64,000 nt of DNA from Arenicellales bacterium (GTDB taxonomy: Bacteria > Pseudomonadota > Gammaproteobacteria > Arenicellales > JAJDZL01), in NCBI GenBank assembly GCA_965220725.1, contig OZ244840.1, forward strand, positions 1,268,180 to 1,332,179. Reading direction: 5' to 3'. Positions 1-8,964 of this stretch are shown here, in pieces. Numbering within the stretch: position 1 is the first letter of the stretch; every line of letters begins with the position of its first letter. Both the position numbers and the translations under genes were made by a program. Under the pieces are notes generated by a model that did not search any database, had not been told where the DNA came from, and was given only the letters and a program-made list of their open reading frames with translations.

Positions 1-16
1 AGGAGTAATAGTCTTT

Positions 17-418
17 TCAATTTCTCAACTGTTCAAAAAGTTCAAGCAACCCGTTTCGGAGTTCAGCATTGGACGCCTTCTCACACACACCATGAGCGAT
101 CACCACCATGTCACGATTCTGCAATCTGTGCTGACTAGTCCTGAAACACTCCCGGATCTGGCGCTTGATTCGGTTTCGACGGACAGCCTTAACGGACACA
201 CGGCGAGAAACCACGATTCCGAGACGCGCAGCCGATTGGTTGCGCCGGCTGTGAGTCAATATCCGGAAGTACCGGTTCGAACAACGCCTGTTTTGGTTGA
301 ATACCGTCTGAAATTCCCTGCGCCGCTGCAATCTGTGGCTTTTTGGAAAACGATGTCCAACCAGCGTCGAGACTGTCTCATGCGCTGAGCTTTGCGCGGC
401 CTTTCGCCCGTCGTGCAT
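17..418 (-). CDS. rnpA: Ribonuclease P protein component
   Basis: 133-aa ORF directly downstream of rpmH. Has the basic RnpA signature ([35 protein letters not shown]). The annotated ATG overlaps the rpmH 3' end by 41 nt, so the true start is uncertain. Confidence 0.85.
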   Translation of the reverse strand: MHDGRKAAQSSAHETVSTLVGHRFPKSHRLQRRREFQTVFNQNRRCSNRYFRILTHSRRNQSAARLGIVVSRRVSVKAVRRNRIKRQIRECFRTSQHRLQNRDMVVIAHGVCEKASNAELRNGLLELFEQLRN

Positions 419-512
419 TGATCACCGCCCGGCCGCCACGGGTGCGCATGCGGGCACGAAACCCGTGCTTGCGTTTTCTTTTCAAGTTACTCGGTTGAAA
501 GGTACGTTTCAT
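378..512 (-). CDS. rpmH: 50S ribosomal protein L34
   Basis: [44 protein letters not shown] is near-identical to canonical L34. The start was trimmed to the internal ATG at 512 of the 61-aa track ORF. Confidence 0.95.
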   Translation of the reverse strand: MKRTFQPSNLKRKRKHGFRARMRTRGGRAVINARRAKGRAKLSA

Positions 513-604
513 AGGCTCAAACCACGATATTCTGAATTCAATAATGCCAATAGATTGCTGCAATCAGTTATTTCATGCCGCCTGAAGTCGGCAGCAACTT
601 GCGA

Positions 605-613
605 ATTATAACA
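605..613 (-). promoter_or_regulatory. Candidate extended -10 promoter element (TGTTATAAT) for rpmH-rnpA
   Basis: The reverse complement of 605-613 reads TGTTATAAT, about 93 nt upstream of the rpmH ATG. No good -35 hexamer. The IS left end begins about 34 nt further upstream. Confidence 0.3.
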
Positions 614-641
614 ATCCTGCAACATCTGTTTAGGACAAAGA

Positions 642-646
642 AAGAT
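642..646. repeat. Target-site duplication (AAGAT), left copy
   Basis: AAGAT directly abuts IRL. An identical pentamer abuts IRR at 2427-2431. Confidence 0.75.
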
Positions 647-2426
647 CCCTAAATCCTCGATAGAGCCATCAGAAATAAGAAAAGCCCCGCCAGTATAATG
701 GGTTTGAACAAATGACAGGTTCACCCGTTGGGTGAAACCGTAAACTCACTATACAGGAGAAGCAGGGCTGATGAAGATTTTACCATACGAACTCAAACCC
801 ACCGACGAAAAACTGACTTCCCGCGCAGGATTGTCCTGTGTTCTGGTCGTATTGGAGCGGCTGGGACTGGAAAAGATGGCGGATGCGCTGTTTGCCAAGC
901 CGCGCAGCAACCGCGGCTACCGAGCCGGTGAGTTTGTGAAAACGTTCCTGCTGACGTTTTTTGAGGGCGGGCGCAGTCTTGAGGATGTTCAGTTGGTTCA
1001 CAACGAGCGCACATTGCTGGGTGAGCATGGCATCAAGCGGATTCCCGGTCCGGATGCGATGGCGCGGTGGCTTCGTCGGTTTGGCAGTGGCAGTGGCGGT
1101 GGGCTGGTAGCGGTTGGCGAGCTCAACCGTGTAGTGCTGGGCTGGGGGCTGCAACGGCGTCGCTGGGTGACGCTGGACATTGATGCAACTGCATTCAAGG
1201 CGAAAAAGAGTACAGCCAACCGCAACTACTGCGGCGATCGCGGCTACACGCCGATGGTGGGCACGGTGAACCGGAGCGGTCAGGTGGTGTTGACGGAGTT
1301 TCGAGAGGGCAAGTGTCCGCCGAGCAAAGACAATATAGGATTCTTGAAGCGATGCATTAAGAGGTTGCCGCATTGGGTTCGCGTGAAGTGGTTGCGCATT
1401 GATGCGGCCGGCTATCAAAAGTCGATCATCGAGTATTGCGAGCAGAATGAGATCAGCTACGTGATCCGGGCGAGGATGTGCGGGGAGATCCGGGAGCTCA
1501 TCAAGGACACCCGCGAGAGTGACTGGAAGCCGTTGCGTCAGCGCGATGGCAGCGAGTCGCCGTCCGAGAGTGTGTTTCGCTGTCTGCATGTGATGGATGA
1601 CATGGATCAGGCGTTCACGCTGGTCATCCAGCGCCAGCGCCGCAACAATACTGAACGCGGTGTCGAAGACGGTCCCCGGCAGCCGGAGTTTCCGTTTCTG
1701 TGCATTGTGGATGATGAGCGCATTGAAAGCGACAAGTATGTGTTCCGGGCGATTGCCACCAACATGGACGAGGACATGGATGACAGTGAGATCATTCACT
1801 TTTACAACCAGCGCGGTGAGCACAGTGAGAACCGCATCAAGGAGTTGTGCAGTGATTTTGCGGCGCGGCGTGTGCCGTGTGACGACATTGACGCCAATGC
1901 GCTGTACTTCGCGCTCAGTGCGCTGGCGTTCAATGTGTTGGCGCTGATGCGCCAGGTGCTGCCGGTGAGGTTTGAGTGTTCGCGGGCGCCAACGGTACGC
2001 AAGCAGGTATTCGCCATGGCGGGGCGTTTTACCCGACATGCCCGCAAGGTGACGTTGAGTGTGAGCCGAGAGCACTACGAAGTGCTGACCGAGGTGTTGT
2101 CCAGCGTTGATCAGCTGTTGCGCGACATTGAGCGGATACTGCCCGGGCCCGAACCGCCGCCCACTGCCTGACGCGCTCCCAACTCATCGGTTCTGAATCC
2201 GCCGGCTGTCCTGCCGGGCGCCGGCCTATGGGCCGGATTGCGGATGAATCCATGCTGCAACGCTTGCAACTACCCATCGCATCGCAAATCCTGCTCCGAC
2301 ACTCTCCTTGATCAGTTCCCTTTTCCGAATTGGGGACAAGCTCGCCCGTTTGGGGCATAATGAGGCAGAATATGCTCAAATACAATGCGAAATTGCGTTC
2401 AACTCGGTTCTAACGAGGATTTAGGG
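647..2426 (+). mobile_element. IS1380-family insertion sequence, apparently intact (1780 bp)
   Basis: Terminal inverted repeats ccctaaatcctcgatagagcc (647-667) and ggttctaacgaggatttaggg (2406-2426) match at 19 of 21 positions and start with CC. Flanked by a 5-bp direct repeat AAGAT. Carries a single 466-aa DDE transposase ORF. Confidence 0.85.
771..2171 (+). CDS. IS1380-family DDE transposase
   Basis: The N-terminal LTSRAGL motif and the C-terminal FYNQRGEHSENRIKELCSDFA parallel ISEcp1-type transposases (LTSNAGL, YYEKRGNAENYIKEAK). The size of 466 aa is typical. Confidence 0.88.
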   Translation: MKILPYELKPTDEKLTSRAGLSCVLVVLERLGLEKMADALFAKPRSNRGYRAGEFVKTFLLTFFEGGRSLEDVQLVHNERTLLGEHGIKRIPGPDAMARWLRRFGSGSGGGLVAVGELNRVVLGWGLQRRRWVTLDIDATAFKAKKSTANRNYCGDRGYTPMVGTVNRSGQVVLTEFREGKCPPSKDNIGFLKRCIKRLPHWVRVKWLRIDAAGYQKSIIEYCEQNEISYVIRARMCGEIRELIKDTRESDWKPLRQRDGSESPSESVFRCLHVMDDMDQAFTLVIQRQRRNNTERGVEDGPRQPEFPFLCIVDDERIESDKYVFRAIATNMDEDMDDSEIIHFYNQRGEHSENRIKELCSDFAARRVPCDDIDANALYFALSALAFNVLALMRQVLPVRFECSRAPTVRKQVFAMAGRFTRHARKVTLSVSREHYEVLTEVLSSVDQLLRDIERILPGPEPPPTA

Positions 2427-2431
2427 AAGAT
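2427..2431. repeat. Target-site duplication (AAGAT), right copy
   Basis: See the left copy at 642-646. Confidence 0.75.
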
Positions 2432-2694
2432 ATTTTGTTAGACAATTTCAACAAACTTTCCAACTCTGACGGAGCTTGAAGATCCATCACTGCACTTAGG
2501 AGCAGGAGTCAGGACTAAACTAAATCGTACCCGCCAATAACTGGTTTTCTTACAATGAAAGCGAAAGGCATCACGCTGCGACGCTGTGAGTATCCAAGCG
2601 ATGCCGAATCGTTCCTAGTGAGAGTTAACGGACTATAACAGGTGATGTTTGCTAGCCGCTAATGGTCATCCATGGCTCTAGAAGTTGCGAACGT

Positions 2695-2725
2695 GAAGCC
2701 GGTGCGCGCATTGCGCACCGGCTTC
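2695..2725 (-). terminator. Strong hairpin 14 nt downstream of the autotransporter stop codon
   Basis: gaagccggtgcgc-gcatt-gcgcaccggcttc forms a perfect 13-bp GC-rich stem with a 5-nt loop. There is no clear U-tract, so intrinsic terminator activity is not certain. Confidence 0.45.
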
Positions 2726-2738
2726 AGTTGTCCAGCTA

Positions 2739-5700
2739 TCAGAATCGAATCCCGCCTTGTAGTCGGATCGAATACTCAGCATCGCCCGCCGAACCGGCAC
2801 GTTCCCTGGCCAGATTCAGCTCCAGATTGGAACCATAGCGCAGCCGGGTACCAACACGATACGCCTGGTCGCCATCTGCCATTGACATCTCGCTGAACGG
2901 CATCAAGAGCGCTTGGCCGTCAGCGAGACTGACACCGTAACTCAGATCTGCTTCCATCCGCGGTTGGTAATCGTCGTCACCGACAACGTCACCGCTGCGT
3001 CCGTTGTCCCAGATGCCGTCAACCCCGCGTACCGGTGCACCATACGACGGTCGCACGCTGAAAGACAGTCCGCGATCGCCGGCTTGCGGCGACATGTGTA
3101 TACTGCCCTGAATGCCCCACTCACCGGAATTGTTGCGCTTGAGCAACCCGTAAGATGACACAGACAACGTCATGCGCTTTGACGGCGTCAGGTAGTCCAA
3201 TCCGGCACCGACTTCCAGACGGGTGCCCGTGATACCATCACCACTGTCGTGCACCACACCAACCTCGGCCGATGGTTCAAATACACCGCCATCGGACGAT
3301 TGATGGCGCTGACTCGCCTCAACCACCAGACGGGTACGGTGGACACTGACATCCGTAGCCGAAATCAGATCCACAGCATCCACACTCATCTCGGTCAATG
3401 CAAAATCACCTGTCAGGTTCAGCGTGGTCTTGTCGTCGCGCCACACCTCGGAGCTGACACCCACACCCACGGTGTTCAAAGACATATCACTGGAATTGGC
3501 ATAGTTGGACTGATTCAGATCAAAATCACCCGAGCCGATTCCGATAAACGACCAAAATACGTAGTCTGATGACCGCAAACCGAAATACGGATTGACCGTA
3601 GTCGCCTTGAACTTCTGCGTACCGGTGACGCCATCGGAAGTGCGGTAGTCGGCTTTACTGGAAAAGCGGGACAGGGTGACGCCACCAATCACGCCCTCTT
3701 CCAGTGGGGCATCCAGTCCGAAACTGTAACCAGTCACTTCACCATCGTAGGACAGGGAAGCATCGTCACCGTCAAACCGGTTGTGTGAGGTATGACCCCA
3801 AACCGAAAATGCATCGCGGCCCAAACCGCCTTCGGTGTACGCATTCACCAGTGACAGGAACTGATCGCTACGCACAAACTCATCGGCGTCCATGCGCACT
3901 GGCTCCTGCCAGATGTCTGAAGACAAAGTCCCGACATCCCTCACACTAAGACTGGAGTTGCCGCCAACCGTCGGCGCGCGGTAATTCTGCACCCTGGTGC
4001 GGATACCTGTCATGGTTTCACCACCGATGACGCGGGCGACCTCGGACATATTTTTATCCATGCTATCTTTAATCGCGTTGGTGGCCGATGCCGGTGGTTC
4101 CGTCACTGTAATTGTGAACATCAGCGAGGCCGCATCGGAAACTCCCGTGTTGGCGTCAGAATCCACTACCGCGTAGGTGTAAGGCGTCGCAGGTTGTGTC
4201 ACCGACTTATCAACAGTACCTGTAATTCGCCGCGTCGAGGAAGTGAACTTCAGCCCCGCCGGCAAAGTCCCTACGATCGAATAAGTCAGCACACCGTTGC
4301 CGTCGGTCGCCGCCGGCAGCAACTCATCGACCGACATTCCGCTCCAATAGGTCAGTGGGGCGATCTGTTGAGTGCCGAAACTTGGCGCAGAATCCGTTTC
4401 CACCGCTATCGTGAACGTCAGCGTGCCCGTATCACCGTCTGCATCCGTCGCCGTGTAGGTGTAGGTCGTTGCAGCCTGAGTACTCGTCGGAGTACCGATG
4501 ATCTCATTCGGCGTCGCCCTATCATTGAAACTCAAACCACCCGGTAGCCGACTCATCGTATAAGTCAGCGTTCCGTTACCACCGGTCGCCACTGGTAGCT
4601 CCAACGGCGTGATCGTAAATCCTTGGACGTAGACTTGCGGGGGAATTGTCGCTGAACCGAAATTCGGACTATCGTCTTGCTGCACTGTAATATCGAAAGT
4701 CAGTGTAGCCGCATCGGAATCGGTCCGATTGCCATCCGAGTCCTCCACCTTGTAGGTATACGTTGTCGCAGCCTGGTGCCCGGTTGGTGTGCCTCTGATC
4801 AGACGCGAGGCTTCAACGAATTCCAGTCCAGCCGGAAGACTGGGACTTATCGAGTATTCCAGATTGCCGTTGCCTCCGCTCGCCACCGGTAGTGTGAACT
4901 GTCTGATCTGATCGTTTTGCAAATAGTCTTTGGCGGTTATCGTGGCACCAGATCCAAATGCTGGCGCAGTATCCGCAACCACCGCGATATTGATCGTCAG
5001 AGTAGCCGCATCGGAATTCGCCGTGTTGGTGTCACCGTCAACCACCCTGTAGGTGTAACTCACCGTCCTACTTTCATCAGTCGGTGTGCCTGTGATCTGA
5101 CGCGTCGTTGAATTAAATGCCAAACCAGGCGGCAGTGAATCCATTGAGTAGGTCATGGGCGTATCGCCGAACGCCTCTGGCAACTGCAACGGCGTGATCG
5201 CAATGTCCTTGACGTAAGTCTGAGTCGCAACCGTCGCACCACGCAGATCCGGCGGATTGTCCAGGGCCGCCGTCACGACGGCGGACGCAGTACCATTGCG
5301 GGGGTTATTGCCTGGACGGTTCACCGCCCGAATCCTGAACTTGAAGTTGGAACCTGTGTTCAAACCCGTCACTGTGTACGAGGTGTCCGAGCCATTTTTA
5401 CCCGTCATGTCTTGCCATTCGCCGTAACCTTGCCCATCCTTATCCATCTGGTATTGGTACTTGGTAATTGGTATCGATGAGTGAGTGCATGAGTTGTCCC
5501 ACGTTAGTGTGACCTCCTTGGTACTGTCGTTCGCGGTAGCACTCAAATTCCGGGGTTGCGCCGGATTACTGTTGAACGGACTGTCTGTGGAAAATATAAC
5601 TCGCTTTAGATTACTATCGGGTCCCACATTCAATCTGAAGCGGAAATTGTTACTGCCCAGCACGCTCGACAAGGTCCCGTTAAAAGTGGCTTTCCCTCCG

Positions 5701-6122
5701 TTGAAATTTATAATGTTGCCGGTCTTGCTCCTTCCTGCCATGCTAACATCGCTATACGGACCAAAACCCCTTTTCTTGAATCTAAGGTAAAAGTTCGATG
5801 TATAACTCGATGGGCTGGCTTCCTTTGCGAAGATGTTCCGTGAATCACCGGGAACATAATGGACATTTTGCCTACCATTACCCCTATTATTCGCCTCTGT
5901 ACCGGAAATTTGATAGGTTTCTGAAGAACTAGGCCCATGCCTAAGTTTCAGACTACTAGCATCGGGGTTAGTAAAGCCCCCGCTTTGCAGTACCGAAGTA
6001 TCAAAGCACCCAAATGCATCAATCGTACTATTTGTACCGTCGTCATGGTAGTAGAAGTAAAGTTCGTCAGTAGCGATCGCACTGCCCCCCCCCCACAATG
6101 AAGAACAAACACCCAATGACAA
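2739..6122 (-). CDS. Autotransporter-type outer-membrane protein. Passenger has an FN3 domain and four Ig-like repeats; the 5' end is frame-disrupted at a G10 tract.
   Basis: The C-terminal ~300 aa have beta-barrel character and end ...YSIRLQGGIRF (terminal aromatic residue). The FN3-like segment includes TLTWDN, KYQYQ, FKFRIRAVN. Four ~95-aa repeats carry LP(P/A/G)GL.F....I.GTPT. The track start is a TTG with no signal peptide; the real SD, ATG and signal peptide lie at 6156 in another frame (see the 6067-6156 and 6085-6094 features). Confidence 0.75.
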   Translation of the reverse strand: MSLGVCSSLWGGGSAIATDELYFYYHDDGTNSTIDAFGCFDTSVLQSGGFTNPDASSLKLRHGPSSSETYQISGTEANNRGNGRQNVHYVPGDSRNIFAKEASPSSYTSNFYLRFKKRGFGPYSDVSMAGRSKTGNIINFNGGKATFNGTLSSVLGSNNFRFRLNVGPDSNLKRVIFSTDSPFNSNPAQPRNLSATANDSTKEVTLTWDNSCTHSSIPITKYQYQMDKDGQGYGEWQDMTGKNGSDTSYTVTGLNTGSNFKFRIRAVNRPGNNPRNGTASAVVTAALDNPPDLRGATVATQTYVKDIAITPLQLPEAFGDTPMTYSMDSLPPGLAFNSTTRQITGTPTDESRTVSYTYRVVDGDTNTANSDAATLTINIAVVADTAPAFGSGATITAKDYLQNDQIRQFTLPVASGGNGNLEYSISPSLPAGLEFVEASRLIRGTPTGHQAATTYTYKVEDSDGNRTDSDAATLTFDITVQQDDSPNFGSATIPPQVYVQGFTITPLELPVATGGNGTLTYTMSRLPGGLSFNDRATPNEIIGTPTSTQAATTYTYTATDADGDTGTLTFTIAVETDSAPSFGTQQIAPLTYWSGMSVDELLPAATDGNGVLTYSIVGTLPAGLKFTSSTRRITGTVDKSVTQPATPYTYAVVDSDANTGVSDAASLMFTITVTEPPASATNAIKDSMDKNMSEVARVIGGETMTGIRTRVQNYRAPTVGGNSSLSVRDVGTLSSDIWQEPVRMDADEFVRSDQFLSLVNAYTEGGLGRDAFSVWGHTSHNRFDGDDASLSYDGEVTGYSFGLDAPLEEGVIGGVTLSRFSSKADYRTSDGVTGTQKFKATTVNPYFGLRSSDYVFWSFIGIGSGDFDLNQSNYANSSDMSLNTVGVGVSSEVWRDDKTTLNLTGDFALTEMSVDAVDLISATDVSVHRTRLVVEASQRHQSSDGGVFEPSAEVGVVHDSGDGITGTRLEVGAGLDYLTPSKRMTLSVSSYGLLKRNNSGEWGIQGSIHMSPQAGDRGLSFSVRPSYGAPVRGVDGIWDNGRSGDVVGDDDYQPRMEADLSYGVSLADGQALLMPFSEMSMADGDQAYRVGTRLRYGSNLELNLARERAGSAGDAEYSIRLQGGIRF
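4098..5255 (-). repeat. Four tandem ~95-codon Ig-like (He_PIG/cadherin-like) coding repeats in the autotransporter passenger
   Basis: Recurring blocks: LPPGLAFNSTTRQITGTPT, LPAGLEFVEASRLIRGTPT, LPGGLSFNDRATPNEIIGTPT, LPAGLKFTSSTRRITGTV. Each is followed by Y.Y...D.D and by ATLTF.I.V. Confidence 0.7.
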
Positions 6123-6156
6123 GCGACAGTTTCTGCGCAGGCAAATTAATTTTCAT
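6067..6156 (-). other. Out-of-frame leader ORF encoding the autotransporter signal peptide (MKINLPAQKLSLVIGCLFFIVGGGQCDRY*)
   Basis: GAGGA lies 7 nt upstream of the ATG at 6156. The peptide has a basic n-region and a hydrophobic h-region. The frame ends 18 nt after the G10 tract. A tract of G9 or G12 would fuse it to the 1127-codon frame. Confidence 0.7.
6085..6094 (-). repeat. Homopolymeric G10 (C10 on the + strand) tract inside the autotransporter 5' end
   Basis: Counted directly: actgCCCCCC CCCCacaatg. Confidence 0.95.
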
Positions 6157-7593
6157 AGGCTTATCCTCGAAAAAGTGGCGCTTCCTTGTGCCGAATATAA
6201 ATCAACGCAACTCATATCAACTATGAACTGCAATCTCAAGAACAAAACGTTCCAGATTGAAGCGAATACACAAACCAGTCATCACATCAGTATCGCTGAC
6301 TTGACACTGGTTCTCACTTCACAAATGATCAAATATCAATCAATTTCATCTTATTGTGTTGCGAATAATACACAAAACACAAGTCATTTGAATCAACTTT
6401 TTTCATTTTTATGTCAATTCACCAACTGTTACGAACCGGTAAACAGGTAGCGCAAATCAATACACTCGCTTGATACTCAATTTTCGAGTGACTTGTGCAA
6501 ACACCCAAAGTGGTCGTCACGCAGGCATTCGCCGGTGCTTTATCATTCAACAAGCTTGACCTCGAGCTTAAAAGCTCTGAAATTCGGTTCTCGCGATGCA
6601 GTGTGATAATTTCGCGGCACAGTTGTCACCTGGGGAGATTCGGAAGTGGCAATAAAATCTCGACACTGAATCTCTTCCATTCATCCTGGAGCTTCATCTT
6701 AAACATGCTACCGCCCTTAATCCAACTCGAAGGCATCGGATGCAGTAACGGAACGATGACGTGATGTTGAATGGTTCTGACATTGAATCTGTGATTCGGC
6801 TGTAAAACGTGCCACGAGAAGAGTGTTGAGAGATTGGACACCGCGAAACACCTTTGAGTTCTAATACGCTTTGGTCCAAACGCTCTAGTTCGGACTGGAC
6901 TAATCCACCGGCTTATGAGTTACAGCAACCACAGCGTGAGTCAGTACACGTCCGGTGGTGAAATCGGTTACCGGGAAGACTACCGCTGAGTAGGTTGGCG
7001 AACTGTTGCATTGCAACCGGAAGTGATTCCGAGTGAAGCCTCGACCTATCGACCCCGCCCACATCAACTTTCATCCAAAAACCTCACACACCGAGCGACG
7101 CGTGTTGCCGATCGACTTCACTACACCAGTCACCGTCCAGCATCTGTTTATCGCATTGAAACTTCAAGCAGAATCAAGCCATGCCAGACAACTGGCTGTT
7201 GTCATGAAGTGTGTCAACTGGCTACCGAAAACTGTCTCGTTCATGGCCGATTCGTCATTTCTTCATCATAACATTATTCGCATTATCAATTATTTAAGGT
7301 TCATATAGAAGTGCTGATACATTTCCAGCGTTTTGTTTCATACTCATTTTTTACCCTTGGATCAGGCGATTCTAGAGAAAAGCGAGAACCTCGATTCTGC
7401 CAACGGCATATAAATCAAACCCTTACAAAGACCTCAAAAATTCGTCAAAAAAAATCGGCATGAATCCAAAATTTGTGATTTACAATCCGTGAAGAAGTGT
7501 CGAGCAGTCAACCGATTCAAACGCAAGATTTGCCTACTGCCGAATCACTTCCATTGAAGCCAATCCAAAGAAATAACAAATGGTCTGAAAATC

Positions 7594-8964
7594 ATGTCAT
7601 CTACTTTATGGAAACAATGCCTGTCGCGTCTGGAAACCAGCCTCAATGAAGAGGATGTCATCGCCTGGCTGCGGTCACTGAGCGCCAGAGAGAACGGTAC
7701 AAATCTGGTGCTGAATGCACCCAACCGATACGCCAAGGAAAAGATCGAATCAGATTATCTCCCGATGATCGCCGAGAATGTGGAATTCCTGACCGGACGC
7801 GAATATGATGTCAGCGTCTGTCTTGCAGGAGGAAGGCGCAATTCACCAAAAGCCACTCCAGATGCAACAAACAGAAATTCCAATTCCAACAATCGCCTCG
7901 GGTCTTTTTCAATCGACCGCCAACCGTACGGGTTCGAAGTACTCAACCGAAACTACACATTCGACGAGCATGTGGTTGGTGAGTCCAATCAACTCGCGCG
8001 TCACATGGCACAGCATGTAGCCGGAGTACCCGGAGAACGCGAACATAATCCGCTGTTCATTTATGGAGATGTCGGAAACGGCAAAACCCACTTGATGCAG
8101 GCCTCAGGTCATCAGATGCGCGCGAACTTTCCCGGTAAGAAGATCGGTTATGTTCGCGCCAACAATTTCGTTCGACACCTGGTCACGTTGATGAAACGCA
8201 AGGACAGTGAAAACATCGAACAGTTCAAGACCTTCTACCAGGAACTCGATGCATTGTTGATCGACGACATCCATCATTTTGCCGGTGCCGATGTCTCACA
8301 GCAGGAGTTTCTGCACACCTTCAACACCCTGTTGGAGGGAAACAAGCAGATCATCATTACCAGTGACCGGTTCTTTAAGGAAATCAACGGGGTTGAGGAT
8401 CGCCTGAAATCCAGGCTCGGCCAGGGTTTCACGATAAGGGTCAAGCCACCGGAACTGGAGACGCGGATCGCCATCCTGGAATCCAAGGCTGAGAAGCGCG
8501 GCGTTGAGCTGGATCCCGAAGTGTCAAGGTTTGTAGCGGAAAAGATCAACTCCAGCGTCCGCGAACTCGAAGGTGCACTGAATCAGCTGATCGCCAGCTA
8601 CAATTTCACCAACGAACCGATTTCGATTGCCAGTGCCAAGAAGATTCTCTACGATACCCTTGAGTTCCATTCCCGACCGATCGATATACCAACAATCCTA
8701 AAGGAGGTTGCCCGATTCTACCGCATCCGTGTGGATGACATTCTGTCCAGCAGCAGGAGGGCCAACATTGCACGTGCCCGTCATGTCTCAATGGTTCTGG
8801 CCAGGCAACTGACTTCGCAAAGCCTGCCCCGGATTGCTGAGGCCATTGGCGGAAAAAACCACTCAACAGTCATACACGCATGCAAGAGAGTCAACGCATT
8901 GATTGAGGAAGACAGTGAGTTCAGATCGGAATTCAATACACTCAAGGACATGCTGTCTCATTGA
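7594..8964 (+). CDS. dnaA: Chromosomal replication initiator protein DnaA
   Basis: N-terminal LWKQCLSRLE, Walker A GDVGNGKTHL, C-terminal DNA-binding region (IAEAIGGKNHSTVIHACKRV). Confidence 0.97.
   Translation: MSSTLWKQCLSRLETSLNEEDVIAWLRSLSARENGTNLVLNAPNRYAKEKIESDYLPMIAENVEFLTGREYDVSVCLAGGRRNSPKATPDATNRNSNSNNRLGSFSIDRQPYGFEVLNRNYTFDEHVVGESNQLARHMAQHVAGVPGEREHNPLFIYGDVGNGKTHLMQASGHQMRANFPGKKIGYVRANNFVRHLVTLMKRKDSENIEQFKTFYQELDALLIDDIHHFAGADVSQQEFLHTFNTLLEGNKQIIITSDRFFKEINGVEDRLKSRLGQGFTIRVKPPELETRIAILESKAEKRGVELDPEVSRFVAEKINSSVRELEGALNQLIASYNFTNEPISIASAKKILYDTLEFHSRPIDIPTILKEVARFYRIRVDDILSSSRRANIARARHVSMVLARQLTSQSLPRIAEAIGGKNHSTVIHACKRVNALIEEDSEFRSEFNTLKDMLSH

Noticed and set aside
780-2075. 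431-aa ORF antisense to the IS1380 transposase, and similar long antisense or overlapping ORFs at 10421-11017, 26013-26738, 26787-27710, 41578-42606, 51725-52318, 52511-53863 (450 aa), 57136-57840 and 57926-58528
   Set aside because: Each lies entirely inside a gene with a strong family signature on the other strand or frame. Their translations are Arg/Pro/Gly/His-rich with no motifs. These are typical shadow ORFs of GC-rich coding DNA.
2029-2385. 118-aa minus-strand ORF in the 3' part of the IS
   Set aside because: It overlaps the transposase 3' end and the IS terminus. There are no motifs. IS1380 elements encode a single transposase.
6175-7308. Short ORFs (61-91 aa) in the adhesin-dnaA spacer
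   Set aside because: They lie in AT-rich DNA, give low-complexity translations, have no SD sequences and overlap one another in different frames.
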